Source: Parasitella parasitica NRRL 2501
Taxonomy: Eukaryota; Fungi; Mucoromycota
Reading direction: 5' to 3'
Length of the DNA: 64,000 nt
NCBI GenBank assembly: GCA_025201805.1
Contig: MU619237.1
Coordinates: 205,276-269,275 of the forward strand
Below are positions 36,258 to 50,860 of the stretch, piece after piece. Position 1 is the first letter of the stretch, and every line of letters begins with the position of its first letter. A program made the position numbers and the translations under genes. The notes under the pieces were generated by a model. That model searched no databases and had not been told where the DNA came from. It saw only the letters and a program-made list of their open reading frames with translations.

Positions 36258-37176
36258 TAACTTTTACACTCATCCCGCCATGTTTCTTTATTGTCAACGA
36301 TACCATTTGTACATTTAATATGTTACTCCATAAAAGTCAAACCATTCATACTGTATATTCGATCTACTTTTTTCTAGTCAATTAATATGACTATATAATA
36401 CGTTTACTGACTTTCTTATGTTTGGTAAGATTAAAATTATAATACTTCATCCTTTTCTTTCCACTACACATTACTTCCAGTATTGTGTAGCGCGAAGGAT
36501 TGAACTTTTTAATAGAGTCATCTCTATGAAAGAACTTCATTGCGAGCTGGTCCCTCGTAAAAATAATCAAACTATGCCTATGCCTTATGTACCCAACACG
36601 ACCGTGCTCCCTGTCTATGATTCTGCCTCAAAAAAAGGAAACAAAACAATAATAAAAAAAATACACTACTTGATTGCTTTGAACAAATGTCGAAATGACT
36701 CGATATTTCCCTGTCTTTGATGCCATGTCTGAATAGGGAGTTGTTAACCCTAGGCCTTTGTGATGAACTCCAGGAGTGGTGCCCCGGTAGCCACGTTAGC
36801 GCGATTCATTTACCAATACATGGACGATATGTCCTGGCTATTTCATCAATCATCCACACAAATATCTACTCACTTCCCCACGCTCAAACAACTAACCATC
36901 AAACACTCAAATGATACCCCAACTTATAACAGTCAGATGATTATAGTTCTGAAGGTTATTATTGACACAATACTACTAATCACTTCATTACGATTAAAGA
37001 TTTTATTTTATTAAGTCTTTATATGGCACGCAGTAACTATTGACCAATTTTGCCTAGCCCGTTCAAATTTTGTTAAAGATAGCCATGTGGCTCTAAAAAA
37101 TCCCTTAGGATCAAGGGGAAAAAAGGCGAAGGAAAGCGTTACAAGATAAAAAACAAGTTTGGATGCTGGAATATTA

Positions 37177-37975
37177 TTAAACAAGTGATTGTCCAATGCA
37201 GTCTGGAATATCGTCTGCAGGATTGTCATGAATAAGTCGATCCAGTCGCAACAAGATGGTGCATAAAGCAGGCCATCTGCTGCGCCAGTGGATAAGAGTC
37301 TGTGGTGATTTCAAAGGTCGAGTTGGAAGCCTGTTGAGCAGAAAAGAGACGGGGCCTTGTATCTGGGTTGAGAGTGTTAAGGCTCGATGGATTGATAAGC
37401 ATTGCATCGCATGCTGCTTAGTGAGATGTTCAGAAGGATGCTCAGGGCAGTATATTTGCTATAATTTGGAAGCCAGCCCAGACGCCAACGAACGCACCTG
37501 TTGCGTTCTTCTCATGTCATTAGTACCCATAGAATAGGATCTACTGTTGCCTTGGGACGACAGAGAGAGAGGAGTTTAGTCTTGATCATGATTCGCCGGT
37601 GGTCAAAGGATTGTTGCACAAATTCTCGTTTTGTTTTCTTCAATTCAGACATGGAAAGAGGCGGGTCAAGTTCTTCAAACGTTTGCCAGAGATTAGACTT
37701 AGGAAGAGAGTGCCATTTGGAGTATGTGGTCGAGGTAATGGAAGGTAGCAACTTAGTGATAAGAGTGTCCTCTGGGAGGCCAATGGTTCTGTCTAGGTAC
37801 TGTGCGGACATCCGTTACCATACTATCCCCACATCTACTACCACGAACTAAAGATATATAGTCCAAGATACTTCAGTTCCCAGTCTTTCCAGCCACTGTT
37901 CCCAAAGAATAAGCTGGGAGTACTCATAAATAAAAACAGAGGAGCTTCATCACCTTGTGTGGTTCTCCTCCCAAC
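37177..37975 (-). mobile_element. Degenerate 3' fragment of non-LTR retrotransposon ORF2 (Mucorales type)
   Basis: AQYL..LPEDTL..LLP, CRP..VDPILW..MT*EERNRCVRWRLGWLP, frameshift, CPEHP...TKQHAMQCL..H, SFLLNRLP, RWPALCTILLRLD. Recognised as the post-RT C-terminus of a common Mucorales LINE family; in-frame stop at 37512-37514. Confidence 0.75.
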
Positions 37976-38147
37976 AAAAAATAAAATATGTAATATTATA
38001 CATCTCAAAACTATTTTATTATTGTTATTTAAAGTTTTAAACGCACTAATGGTAAAGGTCTGATGATAATAGTAACTACTATTGCTCCTCTTTGTGATGT
38101 TTTAACGACAAACGAGTTAGTATCAAAACTTTTTTGATCAAAAATAA

Positions 38148-39548
<1,401 letters not shown>

Positions 39549-39782
39549 TTAAATGTCAAGGTACTTTTTATTAAGCATATTATTTTTTGCTCTTATGACA
39601 GCAGCTGAGGAATTCTTTGTTGTATATAATGATTATATTGATTGCATTGTATTTTGCTTTACTATAAATATACAACAAAGAACTTCATGATTGAACACGC
39701 ATCTCAAGACCAATCAAGCCATAACTATATAAGCGCACTTATTCCTGTCTTTGTAATACTTTTCATACACATTTTCAAGTCA

Positions 39783-40334
39783 ATGTCAAGCAACAATTCA
39801 CCAATAACCCTTAGCAAACACAGCCACACAGCCAAAGGCGACTGTGAGGTACTTGAAGAGGGCAGTGATAAACCTCATCTTACCGAATTCAACAGCCTAA
39901 ATGATCTGAATACTCTGCTGGATGCACATCTTAAACTCGTAACCGTTAAATTTCAAAGTTTCGAAGAAGTTGAAAGAAAAAATATCGAAAACGACGACCA
40001 GTTTGACACATTGCGACATCTGGATTTTCTTGAAGTTACAGATCATGTTAAATTTCCCGCTGCTTGTCTTGAATATTCGTTGAAGAAGTTTGAAAACATC
40101 AAAAAAGCTAAAGTCACCCTGCCTAGTTCATCCATTCCAGTTAATTTCAATACGTTATTGAAACTGTCTATGAAGCTATTGGGGAAAATTCCAGAATTTG
40201 AATTAAAGTTTAAGAGCTGCCAAGAATACGCAGGTTTTGACACAAAGCTTGTCAAATGTCTCAATAATTTAGATGACATTTCTGTCAGCCGCGACAAGGT
40301 TTATACAATCATTACTTATAAAGAAAGCAACTAG
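39783..40334 (+). CDS. Hypothetical intronless protein (about 183 aa)
   Basis: Open frame with protein-like composition from ATG 39783; TATA-like CTATATAAG about 55 bp upstream; no recognisable motif. Confidence 0.55.
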   Translation: MSSNNSPITLSKHSHTAKGDCEVLEEGSDKPHLTEFNSLNDLNTLLDAHLKLVTVKFQSFEEVERKNIENDDQFDTLRHLDFLEVTDHVKFPAACLEYSLKKFENIKKAKVTLPSSSIPVNFNTLLKLSMKLLGKIPEFELKFKSCQEYAGFDTKLVKCLNNLDDISVSRDKVYTIITYKESN

Positions 40335-41130
40335 ATTTATTATGCCTCATTCATGTTCGATGGTCTCATACTTCAATTCCCACAAACATGGTTTCAATAT
40401 ATAGTATTACTTATGACGCTTTCACATATACATATGGATAAATCTCTTTGTAACTCTTTAAGCAATTACTATACACCGTGTTATTCTGCTTGCGAATGCT
40501 GTATATCCCTATCATTGTTGTTCTTTGAGTAACAATTTCGAGGCAAAAAAAAAAAAAAACGACAACTTTTTTACTATGAAAAGGGGTTTTATTCTGCGAG
40601 AGAGAGTACCTTTTAACGCTACTCGTGGCCAAACAGCAGGGCAGATTAGGATTATGTTCATTGTTACAAAACTCTTTTGGGGGTATGAATGCAAGCGTAA
40701 ATGATCTCTGAATGAAACTTTGAAGTATGCAGTTCAATGAGCGTCCGATAATGTAATAGTCTTATCAGAGTAGAAGGCATTGCAACCACCGATATATAAA
40801 GGTTACTGAACATTAGCGAGGAGACAAACAGCTCTTTGGAGGAGCAAAACGTTGTCTAAAGCTCACCCGTATGTGAATGTATACATGCATACAACTACGC
40901 CATTATTGAAATTTTGTAGTGATCAAGCACCGGTTGAAAAGGAATGCTTTGATACCGTATTCAAAGACAAATGATATGTAACATAGCGAATCCACAAGTA
41001 TTTGAGCTCATGACAAAAAAATTTGAGTTTTAAACGTATAGATCACTCGGGGCAGCCCAGCCGATTTTTTTAGGGCTTGATAATACTCGCAAATCGAGCA
41101 AACTGATGGTACCCCCTCTCTCCTTTCGCA

Positions 41131-41713
41131 ATGGTAAGTAGAATAAAAAATTACAACGCATTCGAGATGATTTGGAGGGAAAAAAAAAGAAAAAAAAAGG
41201 AAACGGACTAGTTGGATAAATCAATTTAGACAATGGGACAAGAGACAGACGGATGGATGGATGGATGGATGGATGAAACGGGAGGATGCAACTTTTAACT
41301 CACATGTGCACACACTTTGATGATTAGGTCAACATTCCCAAGACCCGTAACACCTACTGTAAGGGTAGCAAGTGCAGAAAGCACACTCCTCACAAGGTCA
41401 CTCAATACAAGGCTGGTAAGGCCTCTCTCTTCGCTCAAGGTAAGAGACGTTATGACCGCAAGCAATCCGGTTATGGTGGTCAAACCAAGCCTGTTTTCCA
41501 CAAGAAGGCCAAGACTACCAAGAAGATTGTCCTTCGTCTCGAGTGTACTGGTAAGTGAACGGATTTAGTGTAGTGTATATGTAGTATCGCAATAGTGTCT
41601 AACCTCAACCCCGTTCAGCTTGCAAGTACAAGATGCAACTCGCCATCAAGAGATGTAAGCACTTTGAATTGGGTGGTGATAAGAAGACAAAGGGTGCCGC
41701 TCTTGTTTTCTAA
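41131..41713 (+). CDS. RPL42: 60S ribosomal protein eL42 (L44/L36a)
   Basis: Exons 41131-41133, 41328-41550, 41619-41713; [12 protein letters not shown]...[29 protein letters not shown]...[10 protein letters not shown]. Confidence 0.98.
41251..41275 (+). repeat. (GGAT)n microsatellite in RPL42 intron 1
   Basis: GGAT x6. Confidence 0.9.
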
Positions 41714-41982
41714 ATTGCGTCTGTTACATGTACAACCTGTTTGTTTTATCGTTCGTCAATTCACCTCTATTTTTTTTCAATCGTTAAAATAAATTACTCG
41801 TAATGCAGATAACTCTTTAAAGCCTTTTCATTGTTTTATAGGATGTGTATCTATTTTGCGATTTTCGATAGACATGGAAGATGTTTTGAATTGTGGCTTT
41901 TTTCATCAACCTTTTTAACCAATCTGACATCCCTCTAAAGATTACTCCTCTTTCTTCCTCAAAAAAAAAAAGCAGCATATAG

Positions 41983-43695
41983 ATGTGTTCTAAAGAGCAA
42001 GAACAAAAAGAGCTTACCGTCAAAGAGAATCTAGTAGAAGCACCTGAACAGGTAATGTAAAGAAAGCTGAGGCAAATGTCAATACATCCCGAAATTCACT
42101 CCTGTGTCAATCAAAAACACAAAAGCCTAAAAAGAAAGAACCCTGCAAAACGAGAGCAGCCAAGAAAAGGAAAATGGCAGAGAATAATCCCTATTATATT
42201 GCTGCGAAAGCTGCCGAGAAGGGTCTTTCATCTGAGAAGAGATTTCGCAGAAGAAAAAGCGATGATTTCAGAGATGTGGATGATATGCATACGGCTATTT
42301 ATTTCTTTGAAAATGGTACCTGAGAACTTGCGACTTTTTTTTTTTTTTTTTTTTTCTCTCTTTCATATGTCCATAGCTAATTTTTAACCCTAGAATTGCG
42401 AAAGGTAAAGCCTTACTACTTTGAGTACAAGTCGCATGCAAAGGGTCGCTGGTTTGGACGCACACTTTTGGAGGTATTCTCTTCTGAATTTAGAGATCGC
42501 AGCGAGGAATATTATGTAAGTAGTATATACAGCACACTGTGAAGATGCCGAGTATTAAAGCAACGTAAAGCGATATGCAATTGAAAAGGGGCTACTTACG
42601 ATCAACAGAAGCTTTGTTGGAGTGGATGCCATTCTCAAAAATGGAGATGTCATCGGACACAAGATCCATCGACACGAACCACCTTGCACAGACCAACCTA
42701 TCAAGATTGTGCACGAAGACGATGATCTTTTTGTTATTGATAAACCTGGAGGTATGCCAGTTCATCCAGCCGGACGCTACAGACACAACACAATTGTACA
42801 TGTTTTGAGAAAAGAACGCAATATATTCAAGCTTTATCGTAAGTCTGCCTTGTTACTCGACGTATAGCATACAATTCTTGACAACTTTTTTTTTAAAGCC
42901 GCCAATCGACTTGATCTACCTACATCTGGGCTCATGCTTATCGCAAGAAATTCAGCTCGTGCAATGAAAATTGAAAGAGAAATGTCTGCAGGTTTGATCA
43001 GGAAACAGTACGTGTGCAGAGTGGATGGCAAATTCCCAGAGTGAGTTTAACGCTTGTGGTATAAAGTTGATAATTGACATTTCGGCGAATCTAGTGGTGA
43101 AATTACTTGTGAAGCACCGATCAAGTGCATTTCACATAAAATGTCCATCAATTACGTCCATAGTGAAGGAAAGGCATCAATTACAAAGTTTGAACGACTC
43201 AGTTACAACGGTAAAACAAGTGTTGTTCTTTGCAAACCTTTGACAGGTCGCACACACCAAATTCGAGTTCATTTACGATACCTCGGCTATCCAATTGCGA
43301 ACGATCCTTTATACGGCAATGGTACTTCCTGGTCGCCATGGTTACGACCAGGCGAGCGGATGGCTGAAAAGGATGCCAGGTTACTAGTCGATAAGCTTTA
43401 TGAGTACTCACCCATGGAAGATTGGGAAGAGCCTGATTCAGCAGCGGCAACTGTGGTGCCAGCAGCAGCCCCAAATGGATCAGCACAAGATATAGACTCA
43501 AGCAAATGTCCAGAGTGCAGCGCATCTCTTATTTTAGGGAAGAATTACGATCAATTGTGTATATTTTTACATGCTTGGAAATATTCTTGCAATGGTTGGA
43601 AATACGAGACCGACTTACCCTTTTGGGCCCTAGAAGACTTTGATGAAGACAGTGTGCCTGCAAAGTTCAAGAACTCTTTTATGGAAAACAAATAA
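41983..43695 (+). CDS. RluA-family pseudouridine synthase (Rib2/Pus9/RPUSD2-like)
   Basis: Multi-exon; [45 protein letters not shown] (catalytic Asp), [24 protein letters not shown]. Start codon is tentative. Confidence 0.92.
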
Positions 43696-43772
43696 AATAT
43701 AATTTTGAGAGAGAAAACGAGTTTTTATTTTATTTTTGTTGTTATTACTATAGATTGGTTAGCCAGTTTGCG

Positions 43773-45574
43773 TTAATCGGAAGCCCCAGTCTTTTCTGAA
43801 ATGTTCATATTTTTTTCCATATCCTGCACCAAGTCATCTTGATAGTTCTGCGTTTGATGACTGACAGCAACTCCATGCTGTCTTTGTTGTGGTACAATAT
43901 GTGCGGCGTATCTGAATTAAACAGCGTTACAAACCAAAGATTAGAATTATGATGAGGACATTTAAACTTACTGAGGATTATGATACTGTGGAAGATGATG
44001 GAGAGTAGCAGAAGTTGAAACAGCAGGCGCAATACCCAGCATGGTTTCAGGCGTAATAGGCATCATAGGCCTCATAGCAAATGCTGCCATGGGCTGGAAT
44101 TCGCGAGGTCTGACCATCTTTCGCCTGGCAGTTTGGTTTTTGAGGTGCTTTTGAGCAGGTGAATCGGCGAAACGTACTTGAAGCGGTGCTGATGAGCCTT
44201 CGATTGTATGCTCATTGAATCTCTCGATGATAGCAGATGCAGCCTCTCTGTCTGTCAATCTGGCAAAACCGACACCGCGACTCATGCCAGTCAAAGGATC
44301 GCGCAAAATTCGATTCGAAATTGTCTGGTAGGGATGGAACAATTCCTCCAGTTTCTATAGCATTTTTTTTTTTAGCACCTCTGACCATAAATAGATAAAC
44401 ACGTTAAGGATTCTCACCTGTTCTGAGATATCCAGAGGCAAGTTAGAAATGTAAATGTTGGTAGAAGTTTCGTCTTGGAGATGTCGAAGCTTGGAGCTAA
44501 ATGATTCCTGCTATAGATTTGAGTATTTAGGGAGTAGCTTGCTCCATTTTTGAAAACACGTACCTGTCCAACTCGAGCAAAAGAAGCTTGGAGACCTGCT
44601 TTATTCAGACCCTCGATAGCTTTCTCGCATTCTTGTTCATTATTGAACATGGCAAATCCGTATCCTTTGCATTCGCCTGATTTCTGATCGATAATCGCTT
44701 TCGAAGACGCAATGCTGCCATACCTAGTAATTGATTGTTATGATGTATTCCAAATTAAGAAAGAACACTTACACTTGGCACATTTCCAAAAATGATTGAT
44801 CCGTAGTAGATACAGATAACCCACGGACATAAATATTATGCGTATGATATGAATTCATTTCAGCCTCCAATTGCTGCTGCAAATGCTGCTGTTGCTCCTG
44901 ATGTAGTTGATACTGTTGATGCTGATGCTGATGCTGATGCTGATGTCGATGCTGATGCTGATGCTGATGCTGGTGCTGGTGCTGGTACTGATGCTGATGC
45001 TGATGCTGAGGATGCTGCGGATGCTGTTGGGGTTGATGGTGCTTGTTACTGCCATTTCGAACGTTATCTGTCGATGCTTGAATAATGTATGGTCCAGGCA
45101 AGTAGTGCTGAGGAGGAGGGGAGCCAGACATGGGATTGGAGCCAGTTAATACAGGTGATGAGATATGAAGAGGAGGGAAAGGCTGAGCCGAGTGAGGCGG
45201 CAACATGAAAGCATGTGTTGGGGGCGATAATGCCATACCTTGTTGATATTGAAAGTTGGGGCTGAAGGACGGACTCGTAGGGTTGATAGGGGGTGACTGA
45301 GGATGCAGTGAAGGCGAACCAGGATAGCTTTGGTAGCCATTTGAGTAATCAGGGTAATACTGCACAGAAAACTGTGGGCTTAGAGGATAAACATAAGTAG
45401 TGTAATTGACAGCAGGATCTGTGGAAGGGCGATCATAGCTGTGGTTTCGGTCGATATATGCACCAGCGCCATAAGGTGGGTAATTAGGCGACGTTGGTGC
45501 GATAGACATATGAGCTTCAGGAACAGATGTCTCTGAGTTTCCACCATTATGAAATTTCGCATTTACCTCTTTAC

Positions 45575-45606
<32 letters not shown>

Positions 45607-45719
45607 TTGCTGTTGCTGTTACTGTTGCTGTTGCTATTTCTAGTATTACTAGCATTACTAGTGCTGCTACTGACGTTATTGTCGGTTTTTTGGGACTTCA
45701 ATTCTGAGTTTTCCATCAT
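43773..45719 (-). CDS. Two-RRM RNA-binding protein, RBMS/Shep/Spo5-like
   Basis: NIYVRGL..SSKAIIDQKSGECKGYGFAMF; TNIYISNLP..SRGVGFARL..LQVRFADS; five exons; N-terminal Ser/Asn and His-Gln repeats. Confidence 0.88.
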
Positions 45720-46356
45720 AGTTTGTTATATCAAGTATTTTTGCTCTCCAAAAATATATTTGTATATTCCACAACAACAGGAAAAAAAAAAAAAAAAAAG
45801 GAACAATAAGAAACAGAAAGGGGAAAGCTATATAAACCAAAAGCAGTATATTGATAAACAGCGTCACCAGTTGTTTTTGTCATACCAATGGTGCTTTCCC
45901 ACTAAAGTGAAGAGGTGGAATATCTCGTTGTTTAACGGTGCCATTGGCACTACATTCTGTGGCGATTATATTCAAAACAAGATGGGTTAGTAACTGTCAA
46001 TTTAGCATCTTGATTGCTTTCATGGCTACCAAATACAAGGCTTACATGTAGATGAAAACACTGCTCAGACACTTTCCACATCATTCAGCAAGCATCTTGG
46101 AATGAGGCTGCCTCGAATTTCCTTTTTGATATGCATGTCTTTGTAATATACAGTGTATAATGCTTGACACGTGGTAACACATTAAAGCAAACAGAGATCA
46201 ATCATTCGTGACATGAATCACAAGAATTTATCTGTACGTTGATGCTAGTTTGATTGTACAAAGTTATGCAAAAAAAATCTGTATCTGGATAATGCAAAAG
46301 CGCTTTTACACGGCAGTATCGTACAGGAGTATATTTTTTTAATATTGCAAGAGGCT

Positions 46357-48381
46357 CTATGGACGATACAGAATACGAGGCCCTTGAACCTTGGTTCTTT
46401 CCAGTCTTTGTGGTAACACATGGTCGTACATCATTTTAACCCATTGACATAATACAGGTCGTGTATCTCGAGGATCAATGATTTCAGGCATGTCAAATAT
46501 TTCGGCTGTACGTAAAGGCGATCTAACGGCCTCAAATTTAGCCATGATTTGTTCATATAGTTCATTTCGCTTATCTCCTGCTTCATCGAGTTCACGACGA
46601 TAAGCAGCCTACAGATATGATATGAACGGCATGCTTTTTTTTTTTTTTTTTTTTTTTTNNNNNNNNNNAAACGAGTATAATCTTACATAGATGCCACCCT
46701 CCAAAGGCAAACTTCCCCAATCACCACTAGGCCATGCAATTCGCATATTAGGAACTCGATTGTCCACAAAAGCAGCGCCCGCTACACCAAAGACTTTGCG
46801 TAATACGACACTGAAATAAGGCACATCGCATTGATACAAAGCGGCCGTGAGAGTAGAGCCATAGCGGATCGTCCTACATACGTACGGTGAGCAATTCAAC
46901 AAATTTGAGATGCACTATGATACGTACGCTTCCTTTTCAGCCAATGTGCCCACGGAGAAGCCAGCGTAATCTGCAAAATTGAGAATAGGTATGCCAAATG
47001 TATCGCATAAATCAATGTGTCTGCGGAACTTGTGGCAGCTTGAAGCAGAGATAACGCTTCCTTTCAATGTGCAGTCAAACGTAATGATACCAACGACATG
47101 ACCATTCATTCTGGCTAAACCGCAGACTGCACCATCTCCCCAACGAGAACCAATTTCGAACCACGAGTTGTGATCAACGACGCGCGTAAGGATATCACGC
47201 ACTTGGTACATTCGTTGACGACGCTTAGGTATGATCGAGAGCAATTCGTCGTCTCGGCGGTTGCTAGGGTCGTTGGTTGCCACGTAGGGAGGCAATTCAA
47301 AGTTGTTTGTTGGCATGTAGCTAAGGAATCGGCGAATTTGATCAAAGCAATCTTGCTCATTGGCAGCTAAATTATCAATCGTGCCGTTGGCGGTGTGGAT
47401 AAGTGAGCCGCCAAGAGACTCCTTTGACACTGTTTCAAACGTAGCATTAGCAACAATTGGGGGTCCAGCAGCAAACAAAGAGCCAATGTCATTTGCAACT
47501 ACTGAAAAGTGAGTCAATGTAGCTCTGGCAGCGCCCAAACCAACAGCAGGGCCCAAGGCAGCTGCACACACAGGAATCTCGGATAAACTGCCAATCATGT
47601 CATGCATACCAAACAGTGGTGGGAGATAGGTAGCGCCTTTCTCCAGCATGAGAGTGACAGATCCGCCACCGCTGCTTCCGTCAATCAAGCGAACCTGTAT
47701 ACACAAGGGGATAAATATCAGTATTTACATTCGTGTGTGGGGTTTCTTGCTGAAAAAAAAAAAGTACCATTGGAATCTTTAGTTTGCGAGCCAATTGTTC
47801 TGCATAAAGCTAATAGTGTACATCAATTGTGAGATGTCTATATACATATACTATCAAATAGTATGTGCCTCTCCCCTCTTACCGATTTTCCCCAAACAGC
47901 ACCGTCTGCATGGCCACCGCGAATAGCAAAATCATCAGCTGCAACAATGACGTTTCTGTTCTCAACGGTGCCCTTGCCTGCAACGAAATTAGCAGCCGTA
48001 TAACTTTCAACAGAGCCGTCTTTTTTATATTTTGTATTTCCAGCAACACTGCCGACTTCAACAAAGCTGTCATTGTCGAGAAAGGCATCGATACGCTCAC
48101 GCACCCACAGCTTTCCGGTCGTCTTTTGTCTGATATAGCCTCTATCGGTCGTATCGGCTGTCCGGTTCTGTGTTTGACGTCGCTTAATTTCGAGAATCTC
48201 GTCCTAAAGTAAAATACATGTACAGATAGAGAGTGCACGTTAAAAGCATTTCTCATGAATATTATTATGGGTGATCTCTATTTACTCTCCACTCTGATTT
48301 CTCGAGAGCCTCGTCCCTTGTTGCATTAGCAGGGTCTAAATGATTTGCTATGGATTGAATTCTTTGCTTAGTGGTAGCCAT
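46357..48381 (-). CDS. Acyl-CoA carboxylase carboxyltransferase (beta-type) subunit
   Basis: GKLWVRERID, ADDFAIRGG, LIDGSSGGGS, LGPAVGLGA, GLARMNGHVVG, WPSGDWGSLPLEGG, EIIDPRDTRP; several GT-AG introns, one containing a 10-N gap. Confidence 0.9.
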
Positions 48382-49435
48382 GTTATATATCAATCAGTCA
48401 TGAAATATACAGAGGAAAAGAAAGATGAACGTGTGTATATTTTATGCCATCAGGAAAGCAGTTTTTATGTTGCAAGCATAAATTGAAATGTCGTGCGAAT
48501 CAGCTTTAGTAATAAGGAAAAACTTCACTTGATACACACCTACTAGATTATTTGTAATTATTGGTGATTCATGGGAAGCATACAGCATTAGAGCTCAATA
48601 ACGCTGTAGTGGAAGCTCTTTCCCTTTGCCGATGACAAACATTGTCATTAAAATCAGCATTAATACCTATAAGCAATTGTTTCTGAATTGCGCCTTTACA
48701 AACAAACAGAAAACACCCTTTTTCCGGAACGAGTGCATCGACAGGAAGAACAAATTCAGTAGCGCTTATGTGTTGGCACTATCTAAGCTCGTTGCCCTTA
48801 TATAAAGTAATAGCTGGTTCATGATTACAGACATCACCATTTTTGCCTTGGATATTTATGAACCTCAACCCATCAATAGAATATTACTTTTATGTACACA
48901 TCCCTAGCTAAAGCATAATCTGCAGCACTGGGTTTCATTCACAAATCTTGCTCTAAGCAATAATTTGTCGCCTTGTAATATATAGCTTTGCAAGCAAAAT
49001 ACAGAGAATCGTCCACTCAGACGCATACCATGTAATATACTCATGGCACGCTTACATATTTGGCCATGTGGGAAACATACAAAGTTTCTGTAGAAAAATA
49101 CAGATGATGCCATGAGTGTCTTTCAGAATATAGGCTTTGATACAATGGTAAATAGTCAATGTAGTTCAGCGCTCTTTTTATCGTTGGCTTTGCTGCTCTT
49201 TAATGAAAGAAATAGGCTTAAATAATGCTTTTTAGGCAACATTTGGGGGTCAAATAGTTCGTACAACCTCTACAGCTCCAGGTTCCTAGGAAAAAGTGAT
49301 ACAGTAAATACCCAAGATGGACACCATGTGATAATTCAATGTTTATAGTATTTCCTCTTTTTTTTTATTTATTTTATTTCCTTCTTCTTCTTCCCTTTGG
49401 TTCTCTCTCTCTCTCTTTTATTTTGTTCATTTCAA

Positions 49436-50860
49436 ATGCCCTTTTTCTCTTGTTTCTCAAAGAAAAAGCAACAGCATCGACAGTCATTTATAGGCGATGA
49501 ACTGCACGCTTTTGATTTGACGTGGAGAAATTACATTCCATCAGCTTCACAATTTTGCTGCTGTTTTAAGGATAGAGGCATTCAATTGGAAGACGACGAT
49601 CCTTTGATAGATCCGCCCTATTACAACGATCAAACTCTGTACAGAGGCGAAGCACTAGAGAATTACGTCGATAGTGGCCCACGAGATTGGGAATTTGAGT
49701 CTGTGCTGGGCCAGAATGATTTGCCTCAGTTTGTGACAAGAAACCCGTTTGGAACCTCTAGTTTAAAGAAAAAGAAATCACATAAAAAGAAAAAGAATCG
49801 GCGGGAACGACCTGCTGTGGAGGATGCGGATGTCGAGGAAGGCAATTCAGTAGGATATAGTATTAGAGACCAGCAGGCGGAAGAACGCTACCATGGCAAC
49901 AATGATGCTGAATTTCTCGGAGATGATCAAATTGCAAACCTAGCATACAACAGATATAGTAGCCAGGTGAATTTTACGACGTCCACTGTCATATGATAAT
50001 GATGAAAATACTAACTACGATTTCATTATTATAAACAGCTGATGGACCAATATGGGGAAGAACTATATCAAGGACATGTCCAAGGCCCAATAGAACAAGA
50101 AATGCAAGCACCACCACCGCCACCACGGGAATTTTATGCAGCCAGGACAGTACCAAACATCCACTTCAATGAGCAGCATGAAAATTATCAAGATCACGAG
50201 GAAAGGATCGCTTCAATACAATTTGCATCGTCATCAAAGCAGCAGCAGCAGCAGCAGCAGCAATCAAAGCCATTGGTGTCTGTAGAAGAAGCAGCACAAA
50301 CGCTACTAAGTGACAAATTGGATGATTTGACCGAGAAATTAGTATTCATCAAAAATAACATTATGCATATTCGACCGCAATCCCCACAAGAAGAGGGCCG
50401 CCATCGAAAAGAACAGGAATTCGACAGGACAACGCTGCATACCTTGCGTCATGAAGAGTCGGAAGAAAGGTAAAAAAGAGCAATAAAAGGTTATATGTCC
50501 TTGATAATGTTTTGCAACTATATCTAACATCTTTACAGCCATTCCATATCTGACCTTGACTCTGTCGCATCTGAGGCACTAGATGTATATGAAAGTGCTT
50601 CCAACGAACCCAATACAAACACTCATTCATCAACAGCTACAAGGCATTTGTCTGGCGATGAACTCCACATTCCATCTTTAGTTGATAATACCCCTTTTGC
50701 ATCTGAACAGCACCCATTCAGTTACTTTACAGACCATTCGACGTTATTACCAAGCCATCCAGATAACAGCAATGACCAACGGGAATCAAATGTAAATAAT
50801 AATGACGGTATCAATGTCCAAACTGTGCTCACTATAGGCCGCAAATGGCTTGGTGTTTAA
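49436..50860 (+). CDS. Hypothetical spliced protein with an N-terminal Cys cluster
   Basis: ORFs 49436-49965, 50039-~50470 and ~50540-50860 linked by GT-AG introns; MPFFSCFSKKK..FCCCF. Confidence 0.65.

Noticed and set aside
36570-37110. Plus-strand gene-like fragments between the zinc-finger gene and the LINE remnant
   Set aside because: Could not build a consistent spliced frame or recognise a family.
41134-41327. snoRNA in the unusually long RPL42 intron
   Set aside because: No properly placed C/D or H/ACA boxes with a terminal stem; length is explained by A-tracts and the GGAT repeat.
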